From: an uncultured bacterium
GTDB lineage: Bacteria; Planctomycetota; UBA1135; GCA-002686595
DNA: 64,000 nucleotides
NCBI GenBank assembly: GCA_938075305.1
Contig: CALJGV010000005.1
Location: 39,390-103,389 of the forward strand
Reading direction: 5' to 3'
In this document: positions 55,082-64,000 of the stretch, piece by piece
Numbering within the stretch: the first letter of the stretch is position 1
Layout: every line of letters starts with the position of its first letter
The notes under the pieces: generated by a model
The model's input: only the letters and a program-made list of their open reading frames with translations
The model's database searches: none
Told to the model about the DNA's origin: nothing
Made by a program: the position numbers and the translations under genes

Positions 55082-56713
55082 TTGAAGCTCGGCCTCAATC
55101 AATCCGCCCGCATGGAGCAGCGACTGATCCAGTCGCCGCAGATGATCCAGGCGATGCAGGTCCTGCAGCTCCCGCTGCTGGAGCTGTCGGAGCGCATCGA
55201 GCAGGAGCTCACGGAGAACCCCTTCCTCGAGGTCGTCGAGCCAGATGGCGACGCCGCGAACGCCGACGGGTCGGACTCCGCGGACGGCGGCGGCCCCGAG
55301 GCCCGTGTCGAGCGGGCAGACGCCGGGCCCGCATCCGACGGGGCTGACGCGATGCTGGACTACCTGGAGCGCATCGACCGGGACTTCGGAGACGGCGGCC
55401 CACCGCGGGCCGCAGGGGGCGAGGAGGGCGACCGGAAGTACGAGGCCATGATGAACGCGCCTGAGGGCGCGCGCTCCCTCGCCGCCGACATCCTGGACCA
55501 GCTCAGCGCCCTGGAGCTCAGCGACCGGGAGCGGACCGTCCTCGAGTACGTGGTGTGGTCCCTGGACGAGCGCGGATACCTCACCGAGACCCCGTCCACC
55601 CTCGCCCATGAGCTGACCCGCGAGGTCCAGCGAGCCCTCGGGACCCAGGGAGCGGAGGCGATCCTCGACGAGGCGGAGAGCCGCGGCTCAGGCCCGGTCT
55701 TCGCCGAGGAGGAGCCCCCTGTGCCCGTCGCCGGAGCGATAGCAGGGGAGGCCCCCGCGGTCGATGACCTGATGATCGTCACCGAGGACGAGGTGCGCGA
55801 CGCGCTCGAACGGCTCCGGGAGGCCGTGCACCCCGGCCTCGGCGCCCTTGACCTGCGGGAGTGCTTGCTCCTGCAGCTCCCGGACAAGGGGCTCTGGAAC
55901 CCCCTGATGCGCCAGCTGGTGGAGCGGCACCTCGATGACGTCCGCGCGAACCGGCTGCCCCAGATCGCTCGCTCGACGGGCCACGACCTCGAGGAGGTCA
56001 AGGCCGCGATCGAGCTCCTCCAGGGGCTCGACCCGTCGCCGGGCGCAGGCTTCGGCGAGACCACCGCGGAGGTGATCCACCCCGAGGTGATGGTCGAGCT
56101 CGACGAGGAGGACGGGACCGTCAAGATCCGCCTCGACCGTGAGCGGACCCCGAGCCTCCGCATGAGTCCGATGTATCAGACCCAGGCCTTCCGGAAGCTC
56201 CTCAAGGAAGGAGACGCCGAGGAGCGGGAGTGGGCGCGGAAGAAGCTGGAGGCGGCGAGCTGGTTCATCGACGCCCTCGCCCAGCGGCAGTCGACCCTCG
56301 AGCGGATCTCCAACGCCCTCTTCGAGCGACAGCGGGGCTTCCTCGAGCGCGGTAAGGAGGCGCTGAAGCCGCTCCGGATGCAGGAGATCGCCGACGAGAT
56401 CGGCGTCCACATCTCGACTGTCTCCAGGGGCGTGGCCGGGAAGCACGCCCAGACGCCGCGCGGGATCTTCCCCCTGAAGTTCTTCTTCACCGGCGGCACG
56501 ACCAAGTCCTCCGGCGAGGCGACCAGCCAGATCTCCATCAAGGAACGCATCAAGGCCATCGTCGCCGCCGAGGATCCCGCCAGGCCCCTGTCGGACGAGG
56601 GAATCGCCAAGGCCCTGGAGGACTCCGACGGCATCAAGATCGCCCGACGCACGGTGACCAAGTACCGCAAGGCCCTCGAAATCGCGTCCTCGACTCAGAG
56701 GCGCCAATACTGA
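55082..56713 (+). CDS. rpoN: RNA polymerase sigma-54 factor
   Basis: TTG start; region I QSPQMIQAMQVLQL, LDERGYL, LRECLLLQ, HISTVSR, LSDE, RpoN box ARRTVTKYR. Confidence 0.96.
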   Translation: MKLGLNQSARMEQRLIQSPQMIQAMQVLQLPLLELSERIEQELTENPFLEVVEPDGDAANADGSDSADGGGPEARVERADAGPASDGADAMLDYLERIDRDFGDGGPPRAAGGEEGDRKYEAMMNAPEGARSLAADILDQLSALELSDRERTVLEYVVWSLDERGYLTETPSTLAHELTREVQRALGTQGAEAILDEAESRGSGPVFAEEEPPVPVAGAIAGEAPAVDDLMIVTEDEVRDALERLREAVHPGLGALDLRECLLLQLPDKGLWNPLMRQLVERHLDDVRANRLPQIARSTGHDLEEVKAAIELLQGLDPSPGAGFGETTAEVIHPEVMVELDEEDGTVKIRLDRERTPSLRMSPMYQTQAFRKLLKEGDAEEREWARKKLEAASWFIDALAQRQSTLERISNALFERQRGFLERGKEALKPLRMQEIADEIGVHISTVSRGVAGKHAQTPRGIFPLKFFFTGGTTKSSGEATSQISIKERIKAIVAAEDPARPLSDEGIAKALEDSDGIKIARRTVTKYRKALEIASSTQRRQY

Positions 56714-56829
56714 GGTCTGCGGGGTGCGGGAGGCGCCGCGTGTCCCGCCCGGCTATGCTCTCCGCCAGCGCCCCCGCCCCTGCCTGTCCGCAGGTGCCCC
56801 CAGGGCCGCTTGCTCCACCCAAGATCCAG

Positions 56830-57393
56830 ATGAACGTCAAGGCGACCGAACTGCGCAAGGGACAGGTCCTCCTCAGGGACGGCCAGCTCCTCCTCATCAC
56901 CGACTACAGCCACAGCACGCCCGGTAACTGGCGGGCGATCATCCAGGTCAAGACCAAGAACCTGCAGACGGGCGGGAGCGGCTCCTTCCGCCCCGCCGCT
57001 GGCGACCAGTTCGAGGTGGCCTACCTGGACAAGAAGAAGGCCCAGTACCTCTACCAGGAGGCGACCGGTGACTTCGTCTTCATGGACTCGGAGACCTTCG
57101 ACCAGTTCAACCTCGAGAAGGAGATGGCGGAGGACAAGATGTGCTTCGTGAGGGAGTCCGAGGAGGTGGAGATCACGTGGCACGAGACCACCCCGGTGTC
57201 CATCGCGCTGCCCACCCAGGTGGTCCTCGAGGTCACCGAGGCCGAGCAAGCGGTCAAGGGCAACTCCGCCACCAACATCAAGAAGGACGCTGTGCTGGAG
57301 ACCGGTTTCAAGATCCGGGTGCCCCTGCACGTCAACGCGGGCGACAAGGTGAAGGTCAACACCGACACCGGCGACTTCGTGTCCAGGGCCTGA
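56830..57393 (+). CDS. efp: Elongation factor P
   Basis: ATELRKG, TPGNWRA loop, QYLY, FMDSETFDQ, LETG..I.VP.....GD..KV.T..G. Confidence 0.95.
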   Translation: MNVKATELRKGQVLLRDGQLLLITDYSHSTPGNWRAIIQVKTKNLQTGGSGSFRPAAGDQFEVAYLDKKKAQYLYQEATGDFVFMDSETFDQFNLEKEMAEDKMCFVRESEEVEITWHETTPVSIALPTQVVLEVTEAEQAVKGNSATNIKKDAVLETGFKIRVPLHVNAGDKVKVNTDTGDFVSRA

Positions 57394-57421
57394 GACCTCC
57401 CTCGGCCCAGGGGCGCCAGCC

Positions 57422-58903
57422 CTACTTGTGGTACCAGACGTCCACCGACAGGTCTCGACCGGTCACATGGACGGGGAACTGCTTGAGGAGCCTGAAGTGC
57501 TCCTGGACGTACGCCTTGAACTTGGTCCGGAGCGCCGGTTCGTAGGTCATCAGGTTGTCGTTCCTCAGGACAAGCCAGACGGACTTGCCGCTCTTGACCT
57601 CGCGGCGGACGAACCAGGGGTTGTAGGCGTCGAAGAGCACCACGTCCTTGGACTTGCGGACCCGGCGGGGGTCCCGGTCCCCGAGGTAGAACTCGACGAC
57701 GGCCGCCGGGTCCGAGAGGACAGCCTCGCCCTCCTGACGATTCGCGGCCACGAACTCGGCCGCGTCGCGCCATCGGGGGCGCTGGCCGCGCTCCGAGGTC
57801 AGGTAAAGCGCGGATCCCGCGAGCTGTGGGAGGACGAGGGCCACGGCGATGGCCACCCCCAGCACGGGGCGCCCCCCGACCTCCCGGTTCCCGAGGGGCC
57901 AGGCCGCCAGGAGGGCGATGAGGGGGAAGAACGAGAAGAGATACTGGGCGGAGACCGTGGCCGCGGCGGCCAGGCCAACGAGCGCGCCCGCCCCGAGCAG
58001 GACCACGACGAGCACGAACCTCCCGCGGGCGTCCCCTGCCCGGAGCAGGAGGAGGACCGCCGCGAGCGCCGCCGCCCCGAGCGCCGGCGTCACGAACCAC
58101 CCGGTGGAGAGCGCGAGGTGCACGATGGACCCCACCGGATCGGCCACGGCCTTGGTCTCCTGATACCTCGACCACGCCCCGTAGATCCGCGGGGCGCCCA
58201 CGAGCGCTGGGAGGAGCAGGGTGATGGCCGCCGCGCGACCGAAGACCCGCGCTTCGCCCCCATGAAGCGGTGGTGAGACCGCCGCGGCCGCCAGGAGCGC
58301 CGCCGCCACCAGAGCCCCTTGCAGGTGGAACATGACGCCGCTGGCGGCCACGAGGACCCCGGCGACGACCACGGGCCAGCGCCCTGCGAGGAGGCCTCGG
58401 ATCGTGAACCCGGCCCCGGCCACGGAGGTCAGCTGGACGAATGTGTAGAACCGCGCCGTCTGGGACCACTGGAGCTCCCAGGCGCTCACCGCGAGGAGCA
58501 GGGCGGCCATGCCTGACCGCGTGGACCCTGCGAGCGGCCGGAAGGCCCAGTAGGCCAGGGGGATCGCCAGGTACCCAGCGACCGCCGGGAGCAGCCGCAG
58601 GCTGAGCTCCGTGGGCTCGCCGCCAGTCCACTCCACCGCTTGCCGGACCAGCCAGTAGCCGACGGGGTTCACGAGGCCGTCGGGGGAGTCGTGGCTGTCC
58701 CCCCAGGTCAGCACCTCGTCGAACCAGAGGCTCCACTCGCCCAGCCGGACAAAGCGAAGCAACCCCAGCACGAGCGCCGTGAGCAGCAGGCCGAGCCCGG
58801 CCCTCGAGGACTCCGCCTCGAAGGCGGGCAGCGGGCCGGACGCGCGGTTAGACCCGGTCGAGTCGGCGGAGGAGGTCAGCGGTGAGGCCATCGGCGTTGG
58901 CAT
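57422..58903 (-). CDS. GT39/PMT-like GT-C glycosyltransferase
   Basis: LRFVRLGEWSLWFDE, ELSLRL, WSQTARFY, many TM helices, periplasmic tail with WRDAAEFV. Confidence 0.82.
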   Translation of the reverse strand: MPTPMASPLTSSADSTGSNRASGPLPAFEAESSRAGLGLLLTALVLGLLRFVRLGEWSLWFDEVLTWGDSHDSPDGLVNPVGYWLVRQAVEWTGGEPTELSLRLLPAVAGYLAIPLAYWAFRPLAGSTRSGMAALLLAVSAWELQWSQTARFYTFVQLTSVAGAGFTIRGLLAGRWPVVVAGVLVAASGVMFHLQGALVAAALLAAAAVSPPLHGGEARVFGRAAAITLLLPALVGAPRIYGAWSRYQETKAVADPVGSIVHLALSTGWFVTPALGAAALAAVLLLLRAGDARGRFVLVVVLLGAGALVGLAAAATVSAQYLFSFFPLIALLAAWPLGNREVGGRPVLGVAIAVALVLPQLAGSALYLTSERGQRPRWRDAAEFVAANRQEGEAVLSDPAAVVEFYLGDRDPRRVRKSKDVVLFDAYNPWFVRREVKSGKSVWLVLRNDNLMTYEPALRTKFKAYVQEHFRLLKQFPVHVTGRDLSVDVWYHK

Positions 58904-59114
58904 GATCGCTTTGGGGACAGCGGGATCCAGCCGAATTTGCCATCGTCCCCCGCCAGCCCCCTTCAGGAGCCCAGGAGCCCCTTCACGCGGGAAGTCCCTT
59001 TGGGGGACTCGAGGCCTCCCGGGAGAGTCTGGGAGTTCGTCAAGGCCGCGCGGTCCGCTGACCGAGACAAGTCGTGGCTGGCCATTGGCGCCGGTCCGAC
59101 CCAGAATCTTCACC

Positions 59115-59540
59115 ATGGCCTCCCACTCCCTCCTGCGCCGGACCCAAAGCGCGCTGCTGCTCCTTGCCGCAGTCCCGCTGTTCACGGCGTGCATCGCCGC
59201 CCGGCGCCCCATCGTCCTGGACTCGAGCCCGCCGGGCGCGGAGGTCTTCATCGACGGCGTGAGCGTCGGGCTCTCGACCCCCACTCGGATCCAGCTCCCG
59301 GACGAACCGCACAAGGTGGAGTTCCGACTCGACGGATACCGCACGGAGACCCGGCGCTGGAAGATCGGGGAGCGGGACCTGGTGATCTTCTACATGGACA
59401 GCTTCACGAACCTGACCTCGTGGCCGTTCCCGATCTTCCTGGCCGGGAAGGACTTCTTCTTCCCCATCAAGAACCGGGACGGGGAGATGCCCAACCGTAT
59501 TCACGTGCAGATGACCCGCTCCCGTGAAGGGGGCCGCTGA
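59115..59540 (+). CDS. PEGA-domain lipoprotein
   Basis: Lipobox FTAC; DSSPPGAEVFIDG..TP..HKVEFRLDGY. Confidence 0.85.
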   Translation: MASHSLLRRTQSALLLLAAVPLFTACIAARRPIVLDSSPPGAEVFIDGVSVGLSTPTRIQLPDEPHKVEFRLDGYRTETRRWKIGERDLVIFYMDSFTNLTSWPFPIFLAGKDFFFPIKNRDGEMPNRIHVQMTRSREGGR

Positions 59541-59544
59541 GCCG

Positions 59545-60111
59545 GTGCCCGAGCACGCCGCCGTCTTCCTCGACCGCGATGGCACCATCAATCGCGAGGT
59601 GGACTACCTCGCTGACCCCGCCGACCTCGAGCTCCTGCCGGGCGCCGCGGAAGCCCTCCGGCGCCTGAAGGAGGCCGGCTACCTGCTCTGCGTGGTGACG
59701 AACCAGAGCGGGGTCGCCCGCGGCCTCCTCGACGAGGACCGGCTCGCCGAGATCCACGACCGCCTGCGGGCTCTCCTCGCCGCCGAGGGCGTTGAGCTGG
59801 ACTGGATCGGCTACTGCCCCCACCACCCCACGGAGGGGCGCCCGGGTTACCGGGCCAACTGCTCCTGTCGCAAGCCGCGCCCCGGGATGATGCTCGAGGC
59901 CGCCGCGACCCTCGGGATCAGCCTGGAACGATCCTGGTGCGTCGGGGACTCCATGCGGGACCTGAAGGCCGGGGAGCGGATCGGCGTCATGGGGCTGCTC
60001 GTCCGCACGGGGAAGGGGGCCGAGCAGGCCCGCAAGGCCGAGTCGTCCGGCCATTACGTGGACGCCGTGGACGACCTTCTGGCCGCCGCCGAGCGCATCC
60101 TGCTGCTGTGA
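59545..60111 (+). CDS. gmhB: D-glycero-D-manno-heptose-1,7-bisphosphate phosphatase (HAD IIIA)
   Basis: FLDRDGTIN, VTNQSGVARG, CPHHP..CSCRKP.PGM, VGD..RD. GTG start at 59545 (or 59524). Confidence 0.88.
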   Translation: MPEHAAVFLDRDGTINREVDYLADPADLELLPGAAEALRRLKEAGYLLCVVTNQSGVARGLLDEDRLAEIHDRLRALLAAEGVELDWIGYCPHHPTEGRPGYRANCSCRKPRPGMMLEAAATLGISLERSWCVGDSMRDLKAGERIGVMGLLVRTGKGAEQARKAESSGHYVDAVDDLLAAAERILLL

Positions 60112-60178
60112 CTCGCATGGGGCGGGTCCAGAGCGCAGAATCTGGGCCCCGCGGGCCACGCGCCCGCCGGCAAGCACC

Positions 60179-60979
60179 ATGACGACCACCGCGACACGAC
60201 CCAAGGCGCTCGTCCTCCGTGGACCGGGCACGAACTGCGAGGACGAGACCCTCAGGGCCCTGAGGATGGGCGGCGCTGACGCCGATCTCCTCCGGAGCGA
60301 CGTGGCCGTCCGGGAGCCCGGCCGGCTGGAGGGCTATGGCGTCCTGGTCTTCGCCGGCGGCTTCAGCTACGGCGACGACCTCGCAGCGGGCCGCGTGTGG
60401 GGCGCCTCCCTGCGCAACCACCTGGGCGAGGCCCTCCGGAGCCACGTGGACCGAGGGGGCCTGATCCTCGGGGTCTGCAACGGCTTCCAGGTGCTCGTGG
60501 AGTCCGGGCTCTTCGAGCCCGAGGCCGCTCCGAACGAGCGCTCCGTGGCCCTCTTCGCCAACGCCTCCAACCATTACGAGTGCCGCTGGGTGACGCTGGA
60601 GGCCCAGGAGAGCCGGTGCACCTGGCTGAAGGCCGGAGACCGGATGCCCTGCCCCGTGGCCCACGGTGAGGGGCGCTTCGCGGTCACAGACGACGCCGCG
60701 CTCGAGCGGCTGAGGGCCGCAGGCCAGATCGCCCTGACCTATGTGAGCGAGGACGGGGGCGAGGTCGGCTATCCAGCCAACCCGAACGGGGCCGCCGGGG
60801 ACGTGGCAGGCATCTGTGACCCCACCGGGCGGGTCCTGGGGCTGATGCCGCACCCCGAGCGCAACCTCGATCCCTGGGCCCACCCCACTTGGACCCGGCT
60901 CCCCGCCAGCCGATCCGAGGGGGAAGGGCTCGCCTTCTACCGGGCGCTGGTGGAATCGGCCATGGGCGCTTCTCTATAG
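60179..60979 (+). CDS. purQ: Phosphoribosylformylglycinamidine synthase glutaminase subunit
   Basis: PGTNCE, GGFSYGD, GVCNGFQVL, AHGEG, YPANPNG, GLMPHPER. Confidence 0.94.
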   Translation: MTTTATRPKALVLRGPGTNCEDETLRALRMGGADADLLRSDVAVREPGRLEGYGVLVFAGGFSYGDDLAAGRVWGASLRNHLGEALRSHVDRGGLILGVCNGFQVLVESGLFEPEAAPNERSVALFANASNHYECRWVTLEAQESRCTWLKAGDRMPCPVAHGEGRFAVTDDAALERLRAAGQIALTYVSEDGGEVGYPANPNGAAGDVAGICDPTGRVLGLMPHPERNLDPWAHPTWTRLPASRSEGEGLAFYRALVESAMGASL

Positions 60980-60990
60980 TCGCGTTCATC

Positions 60991-61389
60991 ATGAGGCGCA
61001 TCTCTCTCCCGGCGGCTGCGGCCGCCCTCGTTGGTCTTCTCGGCGCGTCGGCACTGCCGTCGTGCGCCCCCGTCGCGGTCGTCGGAGCGGCGATCGTCAT
61101 CAACGACGAATTCGTCGACAACGCCCAGTCGAGCGTGGTCCCCCAAGGGCTCGACTTCACCTGGGCCTGCGCGAAGGACACCATGTCTCACATGACGTCG
61201 GACCTGATCGAGGTCGACGAGGACATGCGCACGATCCAGACCTACGTGGACAGCGCCTTGGTCACCGTCCAGGTCGAAACCTACGACGCCAACCAGACGC
61301 GGATCCGTGTCGCCGCGAAGCGTTACCTGGTCTACAGCGACGAGATCGCGACGAGCGTCCGGGACAGCCTGATCCGCGACCTCAACTGA
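60991..61389 (+). CDS. Small lipoprotein (DUF3568-like)
   Basis: MRRISL..ALPSC lipobox, followed by a hydrophobic AVVGAA stretch and an alpha/beta domain. Confidence 0.65.
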   Translation: MRRISLPAAAAALVGLLGASALPSCAPVAVVGAAIVINDEFVDNAQSSVVPQGLDFTWACAKDTMSHMTSDLIEVDEDMRTIQTYVDSALVTVQVETYDANQTRIRVAAKRYLVYSDEIATSVRDSLIRDLN

Positions 61390-61431
61390 GGTCGCGCTCG
61401 CGCAGCGGCCCGGGGGACGCGTGCGCATCCC

Positions 61432-61917
61432 TCAGCGGAGACGGGCCACCTCTTCCTCGAGGCGGCCGTCCTCGCGCAGCTCATCTGCGCAGTCCCCGCA
61501 GATCCCGGAGAGCCGGAGCATGTGCCCGGTCATGACGAAGCCGAGCCGCTCCGCGTTCTTGCGCTGGAGGGCTTCAATCTCCTCATCCTGGAACTCTTCG
61601 ATGCGCTTGCACATGACGCAGATCATGTGGTCGTGGTGCTCGTGGCCGAGCACGTGCTCGTAGACGACCTCGCCCCGGCCGGTCTCCACCGCCTCGATGA
61701 AGCCCCCGCTCTCGAGCACCTCCAGGGTGCGATAGACGGTAGCGCGGGAGACCGCGGGCCCGTCCTCCTCCTTCAGCCACTCGTACATGCGCTCCACGCT
61801 GAAGTGGTCATGGACCTCGAAGGCCTTCTCGAAGATGCGCCGACGCTGGGGCGTCATCTTCAGGCTCTCGGTTCTGAGGTACTCCTCGAAGCGCCGCTCG
61901 ATGGTGCTCTGATCCAT
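61432..61917 (-). CDS. Fur-family transcriptional regulator
   Basis: MTPQRR, HFSVE, SRATVYRTL, HEHHDHMICVMC, CGDC. Alternative start at 61962. Confidence 0.92.
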   Translation of the reverse strand: MDQSTIERRFEEYLRTESLKMTPQRRRIFEKAFEVHDHFSVERMYEWLKEEDGPAVSRATVYRTLEVLESGGFIEAVETGRGEVVYEHVLGHEHHDHMICVMCKRIEEFQDEEIEALQRKNAERLGFVMTGHMLRLSGICGDCADELREDGRLEEEVARLR

Positions 61918-61982
61918 GGGGTTGTTCGTCGGAGTCGGGCCGCTCGGAGAAGCTGAGGGCATGGAAAGGGAAGCGCGAGGGG

Positions 61983-62726
61983 TCAGCCTGTGGCTCCACG
62001 CCGAAACGGACGGTAGAGCCGGGCGAGGTGTCGCGGCGCCACACCCAAGCGATGTAGCGCCCTGAGGATCCAGTTTCTGAGGGTGCACCGCAAGACCCCC
62101 TCTTGTTCCCACCGCCGAGCGCACACGAGGATCTCCGCCTCCTCGAGGAGCCTGATCGGCCCGCGGCGCCGGAGTCGATCGGAGAGCTCCACGTCCTCGA
62201 AGAGCGGCAGGGGCTCGAAGCCCCCCACCGCGAGATAGTCCGGCGCCCTGACGGAGAGCGCAGAGTCCCCGAAGACCATCCCTCGGCGGACCCTTCCGTC
62301 CGCCGCCCGTTCGATCCAGCGGAACACCCGCCCCGCGGCGTCCACGCGCTGCTTCATGCCAGCGGCCACGAGCTGGGGATCCGAGAACGCGCTCCGGACG
62401 ACCGCCAGCGCCCCGTCGCCGGGGAGGCTGTCGGCGTGCAAGAAGAGGAGCACCTCCACGCCCTCCTCCAGCAGTCGCTCGGCTGTCGCCACGAGCTGCG
62501 GACCGCGCCCGCGCGTCCCGTCCAGCAGCAGGGCGCCATTCTCCCGGGCCACCTCACGGGATCGGTCGGCCGACCCTCCGTCGGCGACCACCACCACGTC
62601 AGCCCGATCCAGTCCCTCTCCCATCAGGCGCGGGAGCAGCCGCCCGAGCCCCACCTCCTCGTCGAGGGCGCAGATCCCCACGCCGAGGCGGAGGGGCTGC
62701 CCGGGGCGTTCCAAGGACACGCTCAC
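61983..62726 (-). CDS. GT2 glycosyltransferase (TIGR04283-like)
   Basis: ALDEE, ADGGSAD, GRGPQL..A, LFLHAD, FGD, GGF..LPLFED, ARRW. GTGA overlap with purD. Confidence 0.85.
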   Translation of the reverse strand: MSVSLERPGQPLRLGVGICALDEEVGLGRLLPRLMGEGLDRADVVVVADGGSADRSREVARENGALLLDGTRGRGPQLVATAERLLEEGVEVLLFLHADSLPGDGALAVVRSAFSDPQLVAAGMKQRVDAAGRVFRWIERAADGRVRRGMVFGDSALSVRAPDYLAVGGFEPLPLFEDVELSDRLRRRGPIRLLEEAEILVCARRWEQEGVLRCTLRNWILRALHRLGVAPRHLARLYRPFRRGATG

Positions 62727-64000
62727 GCTCTCGAGGTGGCCTCCTTACGCGCCTCCCGGCGCCGGCCGATGTCCGTCCGGCAGAACTTGCCGTCGTATCG
62801 AATCTTGCCGTAGGCCTCATAGGCCCGCTCCCGTGCCACGTCCGCCGTGGAGCCCACGGCGGTGATGGTCAGCACGCGGCCACCGTTGGTGACCACCTCC
62901 TCGTCGCCGTCGAGGTTGCGGTGCAGCTTGGTCCCCGCGTGGAAAACCTCCACGCCCTCGACCGCAGCCGCCTCCTCCAGGCCCGTGATCTCGTCTCCCT
63001 TGCGGGGCGACTCCGGGTAGCCCTCCGCGGCGGCCACCACCCCCACGCAGGTCGACCCGTCCCACTCGGGGCTCTCGATCTCGGAGAGCGTCCCGTCGGC
63101 GGTGGCGATGAGGATCGGGACGATGTCGCTCTTCAGCCGGCGCATGAGAGCCTGGCACTCGGGGTCGCCGAAGCGAACGTTGTACTCGATGACCCGCGGC
63201 CCCCCCTCGGTCAGCATGAGCCCGATGAAGAGCACGCCACGGAAGGCGATCTTCTCACGGCGGAGCATGTGGATCGAGGGCAGCAGCACATGCTGCTCGA
63301 TCTGCTTGTAGATCCGCTTGCTCAGCTCGGGGACGGGCGAGTAGACGCCCATGCCGCCCGTGTTCGGTCCCTCGTCCCCGTCGAAGGCCTGCTTGTGATC
63401 CTGGACCGGCTCGAGAACGAGCACAGCGTCGCCGTCGGTGATCGCGAACACGCTGGCCTCCTCGCCCACGAGGAACTCCTCGATGAGGATCTGCGACCCG
63501 GCCTCTCCGTGACGCCCCTGCTCCATGATCCCGTCCACCGCAACCTTCGCCTCGGCGAGGTCCTGGCAGATGTAGACGCCCTTGCCCGCCGCGAGCCCGT
63601 CGGCCTTCACCACCTGCGGCCAGGTGGTGCAGCTCTCCAGGTAGCCCTTCGCCTGACCCGAGCGGTCGAAGCTGCGGGCCGCGGCGGTAGGGATGCGGTG
63701 CCGCTCGATGAGATCCTTGGAGAAGGCCTTCGAGGCCTCGAGCTGCGCGCCCTCCGCACCCGGTCCGAAGACGCGGAAGCCAGCGTCGCGCATCCGATCG
63801 GCGAGCCCGGCGGCGAGGGGATCCTCGGGGCCGATCACCACGAGCCCGGGGCGCTCCGCCTCCGCCAGCTCCATGAGGCCCGCGAGGTCGTTGGCCGCCA
63901 CCGGGGCGATCCGCGCCACCTCACGAATTCCGGCGTTGCCCGGCGCGCAGATGACCTCCGAGACCATGGGCGACTTGCCGATCTTCCAGCAGAGCGAGTG
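62723..64000 (-). CDS. purD: Phosphoribosylamine--glycine ligase (5' end beyond the window)
   Basis: HSLCWK, APGNAG, GPEDPL, LEASKAF, KADGLAAGKGV, QDHK, GPNTGGMG, EYNVRFGDPE, FHAGT, TNGGRV. Frame open to 64000. Confidence 0.96.
   Translation of the reverse strand, partial: HSLCWKIGKSPMVSEVICAPGNAGIREVARIAPVAANDLAGLMELAEAERPGLVVIGPEDPLAAGLADRMRDAGFRVFGPGAEGAQLEASKAFSKDLIERHRIPTAAARSFDRSGQAKGYLESCTTWPQVVKADGLAAGKGVYICQDLAEAKVAVDGIMEQGRHGEAGSQILIEEFLVGEEASVFAITDGDAVLVLEPVQDHKQAFDGDEGPNTGGMGVYSPVPELSKRIYKQIEQHVLLPSIHMLRREKIAFRGVLFIGLMLTEGGPRVIEYNVRFGDPECQALMRRLKSDIVPILIATADGTLSEIESPEWDGSTCVGVVAAAEGYPESPRKGDEITGLEEAAAVEGVEVFHAGTKLHRNLDGDEEVVTNGGRVLTITAVGSTADVARERAYEAYGKIRYDGKFCRTDIGRRREARKEATSRA

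Noticed and set aside
61983-62726. Arsenosugar biosynthesis cluster suggested by the TIGR04283-like GT2
   Set aside because: No ArsM, ArsS radical SAM or TIGR04282 partner lies beside it; the gene sits between purD and a Fur-family gene.
1-64000. Prophage, IS element, defence island, recoded (Sec/Pyl) or frameshifted gene
   Set aside because: No integrase, transposase, phage or defence motifs were seen. Composition looks broadly uniform, and all recognised genes are intact in a single frame.

Overview
Very GC-rich, gene-dense bacterial chromosomal segment with about 53 CDS, two of them truncated at the window edges. Protein families suggest Planctomycetota, probably a deep-branching, mostly uncultured lineage (inference from recalled family patterns, not a database result). 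Housekeeping genes: moaA, lon, htpG, tyrS, rpsA, cmk, lpxH, rpoN, efp, gmhB, purQ, purD and an RNase R/II-family nuclease. Other genes: a Tat-linked PaoABC/YagTSR-like molybdo-flavoenzyme operon, a four-gene ABC exporter, two GT-C glycosyltransferases, three MORN-variant repeat proteins and many secreted or lipoprotein hypotheticals. I found no rRNA, tRNA, CRISPR array, transposase or integrase. Main leads: (1) otherwise unrelated secreted proteins end in a shared beta-rich C-terminal module, a candidate lineage-specific surface-sorting system, with a doubled secretin-like protein next to rpoN. (2) A sigma-54 signalling locus combines a catalytically dead GGDEF protein that keeps its c-di-GMP I-site, coupled to an NtrC-type activator, with a pseudo-FHA membrane protein. 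(3) The Mo-enzyme operon has a 3-Cys Fe-S motif and a small Cys-rich partner gene. (4) EF-P has Asn at its normally modified tip. (5) Many genes show leaderless-type promoters. Many start codons were moved downstream of the ORF-track starts. All family assignments come from motif recognition by eye and need HMM confirmation.
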